NCBI GenBank assembly: GCA_963736255.1
Contig: CAVTOI010000002.1
Location: 273,576 to 337,575 of the forward strand
Direction of reading: 5' to 3'
DNA: 64,000 nt
Source: Candidatus Aminicenantes bacterium
Lineage (GTDB): Bacteria; Acidobacteriota; Aminicenantia; Aminicenantales; Saccharicenantaceae
In this document: piece by piece, positions 53,093 to 61,298 of the stretch
How positions within the stretch are numbered: position 1 is the first letter of the stretch
How the letters are laid out: each line of letters starts with the position of its first letter
The notes under the pieces: generated by a model
What the model saw: the letters and a program-made list of their open reading frames with translations, nothing else
What the model was told of the DNA's origin: nothing
Database searches by the model: none
Program-made: the position numbers and the translations under genes

Positions 53093-54957
53093 CGCCCAAA
53101 ATGCTCCTTCTCCCGATCCTCCTCCCGGCCGTCCTGGCCGTCGTCCTGCTCATCCTGCCGCGGACGCTCCGGCTCCTCCGCGACGCCCTGGCCGTCGCCG
53201 GCGCGGGTGTCCTCCTCTACTATGCGTTCGTCCTCTTCTCCGTGAAGGACCTCCGCTTCACCGCCCCCTGGCTGGGGATGGGCATCGACTTCGATCTCCG
53301 CCTTTACCACTTCTCGAGCTTCATCCTGCTCGCCCTGGCGGGGTTCCTCCTCCTCATCACGATCTACACCACGGTCAAGATGAAGGACGCGCCCCGGGGC
53401 CGGGAATTCATGGCCTACATCTTCCTGACCGCAGCCTTCGCCAACGGGGCCGTCCTGGCCAACCACTTCGTGCCGCTTCTCTTCTTCTGGGAAGGCCTGC
53501 TCGTCACCCTGTACGGCATGATCACGGTCGGCGGCCGGCCGACGTCCGGAAGGACGGCGGTCAAGGCCCTGCTCATCAGCGGCTTCTGCGATTTCTCGAT
53601 GATCCTCGGCATCGGCCTCCTCTGGAGCGTGGCCGGCACCGCGACAATGTCCGAGATCTCCGTCGAGCCGACCGGCCTCGCCGCCGCGGCCTTCGTCCTG
53701 ATGATGGTCGGAGCCGCCGGCAAAGCGGGCGCCATGCCCTTCCACACCTGGATCCCCGACGCCGCCGTCGACGCGCCGGTGACCTTCATGGCCTTTCTGC
53801 CGGCCGCCTTCGAGAAGCTCCTGGGGATCTACCTCCTGGCCCGTATCTCGCTCGATTTCTTCAAGATCCGTCCCGGGAGCGGCCTCTCGCTCCTGATGAT
53901 GATCGTCGGCGCCGTGACCATCGTCCTGGCCGTCCTCATGGCCCTCATCCAGAAGGACCTGAAGAGGCTCCTCTCCTACCACGCCATCAGCCAGGTCGGC
54001 TACATGATCCTGGGCATCGGCACGGCCGTCCCCGTCGGCATCGCCGGCGGCCTCTTCCACATGATCAACCACGCCATGTACAAGAGCGGCCTTTTCCTGA
54101 GCGCCGGATCGGTCGAACACCGCACCGGAACGACCGAGCTCAAGCGGCTGGGCGGCCTTCGCCGCGACATGCCGCTCACGGCCCTTGGTTTCACCGTCTG
54201 CGCCCTGGCCATCTCGGGCGTCTGGCCGCTCAACGGCTTCGTCTCCAAGGAGATGGTCTTCCACGGCGCCATCGAGACCGGCTATTGGATCTTCGCCGTC
54301 GCCGCCTGGGTCGGGGCCATCTTCACCTTCGCCTCGTTCCTCAAGGCCGGCCACTCCGTCTTCTTCGGCGAGAGGACGCGCGAGGTCCCGGAGGTCCGGG
54401 AAAGCCAGCCGGCCATCGTCTTCCCGATCCTCGTCCTGGCCGGCCTGTGCATCCTGTTCGGCGTCTACAACAAGCTGCCCCTGACGCTGTTCATCACCCC
54501 GATCGTCGCGCCCTACGCCGAGGCCGGGGCCCACCTCGATTTCGTGAGCCACGCCCTGGCCGTCTTCAACTGGGTCGCCCTGGTCTCGATCGGCTGCCTC
54601 GTCCTGGCCTTCCTGCTCCACCGCTACGGCTTCCTGAAGGGCGGGCGCAAGGCTTACCTGGCCTCCGAGCCGGTCCACAACCTCCCCGTCTTCCACCAGG
54701 CCTACGACCTGGCCGAGCGGCGGGTGTTCGATCCCTACGAGCAAGGCGTCAAGGGCCTCCGGGGGCTGTCGACGGCCCTGTATAAGGGCGTCGACCGGCC
54801 CATCGACTTCATCTTCGAGAAGGTCATCACCGTCACCGGCGAGAAATTCACCGGCATCCTGCGAAAGGCCCACAACGGGCATTACGCGAACTACCTGGCC
54901 TGGTGCCTGGCCGGCCTGATCATCCTGGCGGGCGCCATCAGCCTGCTCGCAAAGTAG
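53089..54957 (+). CDS. Antiporter-like subunit (NuoL / MrpA family)
   Basis: ATGA overlap with the preceding gene. ...FFWEGLLVTLYGMI...GAMPFHTWIPDAAVDAPVTFMAFL...YHAISQVGYMILGIG...FHMINHAMYKSGLFL..., with a long C-terminal extension. Confidence 0.85.
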   Translation: MTPKMLLLPILLPAVLAVVLLILPRTLRLLRDALAVAGAGVLLYYAFVLFSVKDLRFTAPWLGMGIDFDLRLYHFSSFILLALAGFLLLITIYTTVKMKDAPRGREFMAYIFLTAAFANGAVLANHFVPLLFFWEGLLVTLYGMITVGGRPTSGRTAVKALLISGFCDFSMILGIGLLWSVAGTATMSEISVEPTGLAAAAFVLMMVGAAGKAGAMPFHTWIPDAAVDAPVTFMAFLPAAFEKLLGIYLLARISLDFFKIRPGSGLSLLMMIVGAVTIVLAVLMALIQKDLKRLLSYHAISQVGYMILGIGTAVPVGIAGGLFHMINHAMYKSGLFLSAGSVEHRTGTTELKRLGGLRRDMPLTALGFTVCALAISGVWPLNGFVSKEMVFHGAIETGYWIFAVAAWVGAIFTFASFLKAGHSVFFGERTREVPEVRESQPAIVFPILVLAGLCILFGVYNKLPLTLFITPIVAPYAEAGAHLDFVSHALAVFNWVALVSIGCLVLAFLLHRYGFLKGGRKAYLASEPVHNLPVFHQAYDLAERRVFDPYEQGVKGLRGLSTALYKGVDRPIDFIFEKVITVTGEKFTGILRKAHNGHYANYLAWCLAGLIILAGAISLLAK

Positions 54958-54969
54958 AGAGGAGGAGCG

Positions 54970-56451
54970 TTGATCATACTCTTCGTCGTCCTTCCGCTCA
55001 TCGTGGCGGGAATACTCCCTCTCGTCGGCAAGGTCTCCCGGCGCGTCCTGCCGGACCTGCTGGCCAACGCGACGCTTCTCTTCCTGCTCGTCTACGCCGC
55101 GATCGCCGGGCGGGCCCTCATCGCGGGCGGCGCCGTCCTCCAGCAGTCCGCCTGGCTCGGTGAAGCCGTCAACCTCCGGCTGGCCCTGGACGGGTTCAGC
55201 CTATTCATGCTCGTGGCCATCGCCCTGGTCGGCCTCGCGGCCGGCCTGTTCTCCATCGACTACATGGAGCACTACGGGGCCAAGGCGAACTTCTACGCCC
55301 TGTACCTGGTCATGATCGCCGGGATGAACGGCCTCGTCCTGGCCACGGACCTGTTCAGCGTCTACATCTTCCTCGAGGTCGCCGCGGTCGCCTCCTACGC
55401 CCTGGTCGCTTTCGGGCTCGGCCACGACGAGCTCGAGGCCGCCTTCAAGTACCTCATGCTCTCGGTCGCGGCGTCGGCCTTCATCGTGGCCGCGATCGCC
55501 GTCGTCTTCGGCATGACCGGCAGCCTCGACTTCGCGGCCGTGGCCTCGGCCCTCCGGGAGCTCAACGCGGGGCCCGTCCTCGTCATCGCCTCGGCCTTCT
55601 TCCTCCTGGGATTCGGCCTCAAGGCGGCCCTCGTCCCCTTCCACGCCTGGCTCCCGGACGCCCACCCTTCGGCCCCGGCGCCGATCTCGGCCGTGCTGTC
55701 CGGGCTCCTCATCAAGGTCTCCGGCGTGTACGCCATGACCCGCATCTTCCTCAACGTCTTCGGCCTGACGCCGGCCCTGTCGACGGTCTTGATGTGGCTC
55801 GGGGTCATCTCGATGGTCGTCGCGGCCTTCCTCGCGCTCGGCCAGAAGGACATGAAGCGGATGCTGGCCTACTCGTCGATCAGCCAGGTCGGCTACGTCG
55901 TCCTGGGGATCGGCATCGGGACGCCCCTCGGCATCGCCGGCGGGCTCTTCCATCTCTTCAACCACGCCCTGGCCAAGGGGCTCCTGTTCTTGACGAGCGG
56001 CTCCGTCCAGCAGGCGACCGGCACCCGGGACCTCGACGAGATGGGCGGCCTGGCCAAGCGCATGCCGGTCACGGCCGCGACGAACCTCATCGGGGCCCTG
56101 TCGATCGCCGGCGTCCCGCCGCTCAACGGCTTCTGGTCGAAGCTTCTGATCATCGTGGCCCTCGTCCAGGCCGGCCACCCGGTCTTCGCCGTCATCGCCG
56201 TCCTGGCCTCGGTCCTGACCCTCTGGTACTACCTCCTCATGCAGCGGAAGGCCTTCTTCGGCAAGCTCAACGAGAAGTGGGCGTCCGTCAAGGAGGCCCC
56301 TTTCTGGATGACGGCCGCGACCGTCCTCCTGGCCCTCCTCTGCCTGGGGATCGGCATCCTCTTTGCGTCGACCATCACGACCTGGGTCCAGCCCGCCGCC
56401 GACGTCCTCGCGGACGGGATCCACGCCGTGACCGGATCGTGGGGATTTTAG
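54970..56451 (+). CDS. Antiporter-like subunit (NuoM/N / MrpD family) 2
   Basis: TTG start after GAGGAGGAG. ...LFMLVAIALVGL...YIFLEVAAVASYALV...AALVPFHAWLPDAHPSAPAPISA...YSSISQVGYVVLGIG... Confidence 0.85.
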   Translation: MIILFVVLPLIVAGILPLVGKVSRRVLPDLLANATLLFLLVYAAIAGRALIAGGAVLQQSAWLGEAVNLRLALDGFSLFMLVAIALVGLAAGLFSIDYMEHYGAKANFYALYLVMIAGMNGLVLATDLFSVYIFLEVAAVASYALVAFGLGHDELEAAFKYLMLSVAASAFIVAAIAVVFGMTGSLDFAAVASALRELNAGPVLVIASAFFLLGFGLKAALVPFHAWLPDAHPSAPAPISAVLSGLLIKVSGVYAMTRIFLNVFGLTPALSTVLMWLGVISMVVAAFLALGQKDMKRMLAYSSISQVGYVVLGIGIGTPLGIAGGLFHLFNHALAKGLLFLTSGSVQQATGTRDLDEMGGLAKRMPVTAATNLIGALSIAGVPPLNGFWSKLLIIVALVQAGHPVFAVIAVLASVLTLWYYLLMQRKAFFGKLNEKWASVKEAPFWMTAATVLLALLCLGIGILFASTITTWVQPAADVLADGIHAVTGSWGF

Positions 56452-56454
56452 AAG

Positions 56455-56937
56455 ATGATCCTGCAAACAGCCCTTCTCATCGGTATGGTGGTCTTCTCGG
56501 TCCTGGCCATCGCGCTCAAGGACCTGCTCAAGTCGGCCATCTCCCTGGCCGTGTCCAGCCTGCTCCTGGGGATCATCTTCTTCCGGATGAACGCCCCCTA
56601 CGCGGGCGTCTTCGAGATCTCGGTCGTCGCCGGGCTGATCACCGTCCTGTTCATCCTGACCATCGCCCTGACCAAGTCGGGCGACGAGGTCCGCGAGTCG
56701 AAGCTCGTCAACTGGGTCTTTCCGCTCGTCTTCGTCGCCTTCCTCGTCATCGACGCCCTGGTCATGAAGGGCCTGCTCGGGAAGGTCCCGGCCCTGGCCT
56801 CCGGCCCGGAAGCGGGCACCTTCGGCGAGGTCCTCTGGAAGGGGCGGACGCTCGACCTCGTCGGCCAGATCGCGGTCATCCTGGCCGGCGTCTTCGCGGT
56901 CCTGGCCCTATTCCGCAAGAGGGACAAACATGACTAA
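56455..56937 (+). CDS. NuoJ-like membrane subunit (MbhD/E-type)
   Basis: 160 aa: ...AISLAVSSLLLGIIFFRMNAPYAGVFEISVVAGLITVLFILTIAL..., NuoJ-like pattern. Confidence 0.7.
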   Translation: MILQTALLIGMVVFSVLAIALKDLLKSAISLAVSSLLLGIIFFRMNAPYAGVFEISVVAGLITVLFILTIALTKSGDEVRESKLVNWVFPLVFVAFLVIDALVMKGLLGKVPALASGPEAGTFGEVLWKGRTLDLVGQIAVILAGVFAVLALFRKRDKHD

Positions 56938-57239
56938 CACCTGGTACCTCTATCGTCTTCTTCGCGGCCGCCCTCGTCTTCGCGGGGCTCCTCGGCCTGC
57001 TCGGCAAGCGCAACCTCATCAAGCTCTTCATCGCGATCGAGGTCATCGGCAAGGGCATCAGCCTCCTGCTCCTCTCGACCGGCTTCGCCAAGGCCAGCAT
57101 CCTGACCGCCCAGGCCCTGGTCATCACCTACATCGTCATCGAGGTCAGCCTGGTGGCCACGGCCCTGGCCCTGATCATCAACATCTACCGGCACACGCGA
57201 TCGCTGGACATCCGCGATCTGGCCAAGCTGAAAGGGTAA
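56930..57239 (+). CDS. NuoK-like (MrpC/MbhG-type) membrane subunit; start codon and conserved body are in different frames
   Basis: Conserved frame (56934-57239): ...IVFFAAALVFAGLLGLLGKRNLIKLFIAIEVIGKGISLLLLSTGF...VIEVSLVATALALIINIYR...KG*. It has no ATG/GTG/TTG before residue about 70. ATG 56930 (MTNTWYLY) is in another frame. Length is 310 nt, one base over a multiple of 3. Confidence 0.7.
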
Positions 57240-57242
57240 GCC

Positions 57243-57575
57243 ATGACAGGAATCGGCATCCTCCTCTCCCCGCCCGTGGCCTTCTTCGTGTTCCTGGCGG
57301 CGGCCTTCGGCCTGTACGGCCTGGGCAAGGGCATGGCGCCCAAGATGACCAAGGTCGGCGGCAAGCTCACCACGTACGCCTGCGGCGAGAACATCCCCGG
57401 GGTCAAGGTCCAGTTCGGCTACCGGATCTTCTTCTTCGTGGCCCTGTTCTTCACGATGATGCACGTCGCCGTCCTGGTCATCGCCACCGTGCCTTCGGGC
57501 AAGATCGTCTTCTTCGCCCTCTTCTACCTGGTCATGATCGCCCTGTCCGTCGCGGCCTTGATCACAAGGAGTTAA
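57243..57575 (+). CDS. NuoA-like membrane subunit
   Basis: 110 aa: ...TTYACGENIPGVKVQFGYRIFFFVALFFTMMHVAVLVIA..., NuoA-type Y(E/A)CG plus following helices. Confidence 0.7.
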   Translation: MTGIGILLSPPVAFFVFLAAAFGLYGLGKGMAPKMTKVGGKLTTYACGENIPGVKVQFGYRIFFFVALFFTMMHVAVLVIATVPSGKIVFFALFYLVMIALSVAALITRS

Positions 57576-57576
57576 C

Positions 57577-57996
57577 ATGCTGAACAAGCTCGCCCGCTGG
57601 TCCAGGATCAAGTCGCCCTGGATCCTGCACCTCAACTCGGGCGCCTGCAACGCTTGCGACATCGAGATCGTCGCCGCGCTGACGCCGCGCTTCGACGTCG
57701 AGCGCTTCGGGATCCTGCTCAAGGCGACGCCGCGCCACGCCGACGTGATCATCGCCACCGGCCCGGTCACGCGCCAGATCAAGGACAGGATCATCCGCAT
57801 CTACGAGCAGACCCCCAATCCCAAGTTCGTCATCGCCGTGGGCGCCTGCGCCATGGCCGGCTGCGTCTACCGCGGGGCGTATAATGTCATGGGCGGCCTT
57901 GACCAGGTCATCCCGGTCGACATGTACGTCCCCGGCTGCCCGGCCCGCCCCGACGCCATCGTCGACGGCGTGGTCAAGCTGCTCGGAAAACTCTAG
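57577..57996 (+). CDS. Group-4 [NiFe] hydrogenase small subunit (NuoB family)
   Basis: SGACNACDIE...RHADVIIATGPV...AVGACAMAG...PGCPARP, four Cys for the proximal 4Fe-4S cluster. Confidence 0.9.
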   Translation: MLNKLARWSRIKSPWILHLNSGACNACDIEIVAALTPRFDVERFGILLKATPRHADVIIATGPVTRQIKDRIIRIYEQTPNPKFVIAVGACAMAGCVYRGAYNVMGGLDQVIPVDMYVPGCPARPDAIVDGVVKLLGKL

Positions 57997-58012
57997 GCTC
58001 AAGGAAAACGCC

Positions 58013-58486
58013 ATGTCCGACATCGAGATCGTCGAAAGCCTCAAGCGGGACCTCGGGGAGAAGGCCCTCGAGGTCACGAACCCCGACCGCCGCCGCATCT
58101 TCCTCAAGGTCGCCCCGGCCGGCCTCGTCGAGGCGGCGACGCTTCTGCGCGACCGCTACGGCTGCGCCCACCTGTCCACCGTCACCGGCGTCGACAAGGG
58201 CGAGACGTTCGAGCTCCTGTACCATTTCGCCTCGACGGCCGCCGTCCTGACCGTGCGGACCGAGATCCCGAAGGCCGCCCCCTGTATCGCCTCGATCTGC
58301 GCCGTCATCCCCGGCGCCGTCCTCTACGAGCGCGAGATCCAGGAGATGTTCGGCGTCACCGTCGAGGGCATCCCCGACAGCCGTCGCCTCAACCTGCCGG
58401 ACGACTGGCCCGACGGCCAGTTCCCGCTGCGGAAGGACTGGAAGCACGTCCGGCCTGAGGAAGTCATCCCCGGAGGAAAGTCATGA
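58013..58486 (+). CDS. NuoC-like (30-kDa) subunit
   Basis: From ATG 58013: ...HLSTVTGVDKGETFELLYHF...AVLYEREIQEMFGVTVEGIPD... Confidence 0.85.
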   Translation: MSDIEIVESLKRDLGEKALEVTNPDRRRIFLKVAPAGLVEAATLLRDRYGCAHLSTVTGVDKGETFELLYHFASTAAVLTVRTEIPKAAPCIASICAVIPGAVLYEREIQEMFGVTVEGIPDSRRLNLPDDWPDGQFPLRKDWKHVRPEEVIPGGKS

Positions 58487-59685
58487 GCTTCAAGATCCCC
58501 ATCGGGCCCCAGCACCCGGCGCTCAAGGAGCCGATCAGCCTGCGCATGACCGTCGAGGGGGAGGTCATCACCGACGCCGATATCCGTCTCGGCTATAACC
58601 ATCGCGGCCTGGAGAAGCTGGCCGAGGAGAAGACCTGGATCCAGAACATCTACCTGACCGAGCGCATCTGCGGCATCTGCTCCCACTCCCACGCCACGTG
58701 CTACGTTCAGGGCGTGGAGAAGCTCATGGAGCTCGTCCCGCCCCGCCGGGGCCTCTATATCCGCTACCTCGTCTCCGAGCTCGAGCGCGTCCACAGCCAC
58801 CTCCTCTGGCTCGGCGTGGCCGGCCACGAGGCCGGCTTCGACTCCTTCTTCATGTACACCTGGCGCGACCGGGAGATCGTCATGGACCTCCTGGAGATGA
58901 TCTCCGGCAACCGCGTTCACTACGCCATCAACACCGTCGGCGGCGTCCGGCGCGACCTCGACGAGGGCCAGAAGGCCAAGATCCTCGAGGGGGTGGTCAC
59001 CCTGAAGAAGCGGAGCGAATACTACTTCGGGATCGGCGCCAACGAGCCCAGCTTCGTCGCCAGGATCGCCGGGGTCGGCATGCTGAGCAAGGAGGACGCC
59101 GTCGCCCTCTGCGCCGTCGGACCGGTCGCCCGGGCCTCCGGCGTGGCCCGCGACGTTCGCAAGGAGGACCCTTACGCCGTCTACGACGAGCTCGACTTCG
59201 AGCTCTGCACGGCCGACTCCTGCGACGTCCTGGGCCGGGTCGTCGTCCGCGTCAAGGAGCTCCTGGAGTCCTACAAGATGATCGAGCAGATGGTCAAAGG
59301 CCTGCCGGACGGCGACATCGTCGTCAAGGCGCCTCGCAAGGCCAAGCCCGGCGAGGCCGTCAGCCGCTACGAAGCCCCGCGCGGCGAGAACATCCACTAC
59401 ATCAAGGCCAACGGGTCCGACAAGCCCGAGCGGCTCAAGGTCCGGGCCCCCACGCTGGCCAACTACCCGGCCACCGTGCTGATGCTCAAGAAGGGCTTCA
59501 TCGCGGACATCCCCCTGATCTTCGCCGCCATCGACCCCTGCATCTGCTGCGCCGAGCGGGCCGTGACTTTGGTCAGCGCCCGGAGCGGCGATGAGTCGGT
59601 CGTCCGGATGAGCGATCTGCGCCGGATGGCGCTCGCCCGGTCCAAGAATGCCCCCGTGAAAGGGAATGCGGTATGGCCGTTCTGA
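58483..59685 (+). CDS. Group-4 [NiFe] hydrogenase large subunit (NuoD family) with both Ni-Fe Cys pairs
   Basis: IGPQHPALKEP...LGYNHRGLEK...RICGICSHSH (N-terminal CxxC)...YEAPRGE...DPCICCAER (C-terminal CxxC), followed by a 41-aa tail. Confidence 0.9.
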   Translation: MSFKIPIGPQHPALKEPISLRMTVEGEVITDADIRLGYNHRGLEKLAEEKTWIQNIYLTERICGICSHSHATCYVQGVEKLMELVPPRRGLYIRYLVSELERVHSHLLWLGVAGHEAGFDSFFMYTWRDREIVMDLLEMISGNRVHYAINTVGGVRRDLDEGQKAKILEGVVTLKKRSEYYFGIGANEPSFVARIAGVGMLSKEDAVALCAVGPVARASGVARDVRKEDPYAVYDELDFELCTADSCDVLGRVVVRVKELLESYKMIEQMVKGLPDGDIVVKAPRKAKPGEAVSRYEAPRGENIHYIKANGSDKPERLKVRAPTLANYPATVLMLKKGFIADIPLIFAAIDPCICCAERAVTLVSARSGDESVVRMSDLRRMALARSKNAPVKGNAVWPF

Positions 59686-60644
59686 GAACCTTCCTCTACC
59701 TCCTCGTCTACCCCGGGATCATCTTCCTGTTCGCCTACTCGACGTTCTGCGAGTGGTTCGACCGCAAGCTCTACGCCCGGTTCCAGAACCGGATGGGGCC
59801 GACCCACACGGGCCGCTTCGGGCTGCTCCAGCCGATCGCCGACTTCTTCAAGCTCATGGCCAAGGAGGACGTCGTCCCCGAGGCCGCGGACAAGCGCCTC
59901 TTCTCGGTGCTGCCCGCCATCGGCCTGGCCGTCGTCTCGACGGCTGGCCTGCTCCTCCCCGTCTGGAACTTCGACCTGGCCGTGCCCGGCTGGACGTCTT
60001 TCCCCGGGGACATCGTCGTCATGCTCTACCTCCTCAGCCTGCCGACCCTCGTCATCTTCCTGGCCGCCTGGTCCTCGACCAACCTCTTCTCCACGATCGG
60101 CGGGGCCCGCGTCCTGACGATGCTGTTCGGCTACGAGGTGCCGCTCTTCCTGGCCGTCCTCAGCCCGGCCATCCTGGCCGGCTCCTGGCGCCTGGCCGAG
60201 ATCGCCGCCTTCTACCAGGCCCGGCCCCTGCTGCTATTGGTGAATCTCCTCGGCTTCCTGGTCGCCCTCGTCGCCGTGCAGGCCAAGCTCGAGCGGACCC
60301 CCTTCGACATCCCCGACGCCGAAACGGAGATCGTCGGCGGCACCTTCACCGAATACTCGGGGAAGAAGCTGGCCCTCTTCCGCCTGACGTTCGACGTCGA
60401 GCTCGTCGTCGCCAGCGGCCTCCTGGCCGCCGTCTTCCTCGGCGGCTTCCCCGGCGGGGCCGTCCTCGGCTTCCTCCAGTTCGTCGTCAAGACGCTCTTC
60501 GTCATCTTCCTGCTGTCCCTGATGCGGGCCCTGACGGGCCGGATCCGCATCGACCAGGTCATCTCCTTCGCCTGGAAAGTGCTGACCCCCCTGGCCGTCC
60601 TCCAGCTCCTGGCCACGATCCTCCTGAAGGGATTTGTCTCATGA
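59673..60644 (+). CDS. NuoH-like membrane subunit
   Basis: ...EWFDRKLYARFQNRMGPTHTGRFGLLQPIADFFKLMAKED...PFDIPDAETEIVGG... Confidence 0.9.
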   Translation: MAVLRTFLYLLVYPGIIFLFAYSTFCEWFDRKLYARFQNRMGPTHTGRFGLLQPIADFFKLMAKEDVVPEAADKRLFSVLPAIGLAVVSTAGLLLPVWNFDLAVPGWTSFPGDIVVMLYLLSLPTLVIFLAAWSSTNLFSTIGGARVLTMLFGYEVPLFLAVLSPAILAGSWRLAEIAAFYQARPLLLLVNLLGFLVALVAVQAKLERTPFDIPDAETEIVGGTFTEYSGKKLALFRLTFDVELVVASGLLAAVFLGGFPGGAVLGFLQFVVKTLFVIFLLSLMRALTGRIRIDQVISFAWKVLTPLAVLQLLATILLKGFVS

Positions 60645-61075
60645 GAATAGCCGCGTTCCTGCCCGAGCTCCTCCGGCACCTCTTCAAGAAGCCGGCGACC
60701 GTCGACTATCCCTTCAAGAAGCTCGCCGTGCCCAAGGACTTCCGGGGCACGCCCTTTCTGCGGCCCGAGCTCTGCATCGTCTGCAAGGCCTGCGAGCGCG
60801 ACTGCCCGGCCGAGGCCATCGAGATCACGTCCGTCAACGAAGCCGAAAAGCGCTTCAGCATGATCATCCACAACGACCGCTGCATCCACTGCGCGCAGTG
60901 CGTCGACTCCTGCCCGACGACGCCCAAGGCGATGCAGATCGACAGCCTCTTCGAGCTCGCCGCGGACGACCGCCACAAGCTGAAAAAAGAGTGGATCTAC
61001 GTGCGGGCCGTGACCAAGCCCAAGGCGGCCGCTCCGGCGGCCCCGGCCGCGGCGCCCGCCCAACCTAAGGCCTGA
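60641..61075 (+). CDS. NuoI-like 2x[4Fe-4S] ferredoxin subunit
   Basis: ATGA overlap with the nuoH-like gene. CIVCKACERDCP and CIHCAQCVDSCP. A/P-rich C-terminal tail. Confidence 0.85.
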   Translation: MRIAAFLPELLRHLFKKPATVDYPFKKLAVPKDFRGTPFLRPELCIVCKACERDCPAEAIEITSVNEAEKRFSMIIHNDRCIHCAQCVDSCPTTPKAMQIDSLFELAADDRHKLKKEWIYVRAVTKPKAAAPAAPAAAPAQPKA

Positions 61076-61094
61076 CCCCGTCTTTAGCGACCCC

Positions 61095-61138
61095 GCCCTC
61101 GTCCGGTCCTTCCTGACGAGGGCCTTCCATTTGTTGTT
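61095..61138 (+). terminator. Intrinsic terminator of the hydrogenase operon
   Basis: GCCCTCGTC (61095-61103) pairs with GACGAGGGC (61115-61123), followed by CTTCCATTTGTTGTT. Confidence 0.55.
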
Positions 61139-61149
61139 CCCGTCTTTCC

Positions 61150-61296
61150 CGGTCTCTCTCGTGGCGGCGATGGATATCGCCTCGAAGATCCCCGTGGTGG
61201 AGGGGGGACCCGCGAAGCGGGGGGAACCGCACGAACTGGTTCCCGGGGTCGGGGAGCTAGAGGCGATATCCTGAGCTAAGCCGGAGAGAGAGACCG
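61150..61296. other. 147-nt nested inverted-repeat structure between the hydrogenase terminator and the dnaN stop
   Basis: Outer 11 bp: CGGTCTCTCTC (61150-61160) with GAGAGAGACCG (61286-61296). Inner 12 bp: GGATATCGCCTC (61172-61183) with GAGGCGATATCC (61260-61271). Local hairpins: CCCGC-GAA-GCGGG (61209-61221) and GGAACC...GGTTCC (61223-61243). Confidence 0.4.
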
Positions 61297-61298
61297 TG

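Noticed and set aside
58483-59685. Annotating the 51.7-61.1 kb operon as respiratory complex I (nuoA-N).
   Set aside because: The NuoD homologue retains both CxxC Ni-Fe ligand pairs plus a cleavable-type C-terminal tail, and nuoE/F/G are absent. It is therefore treated as a group-4 [NiFe] hydrogenase.
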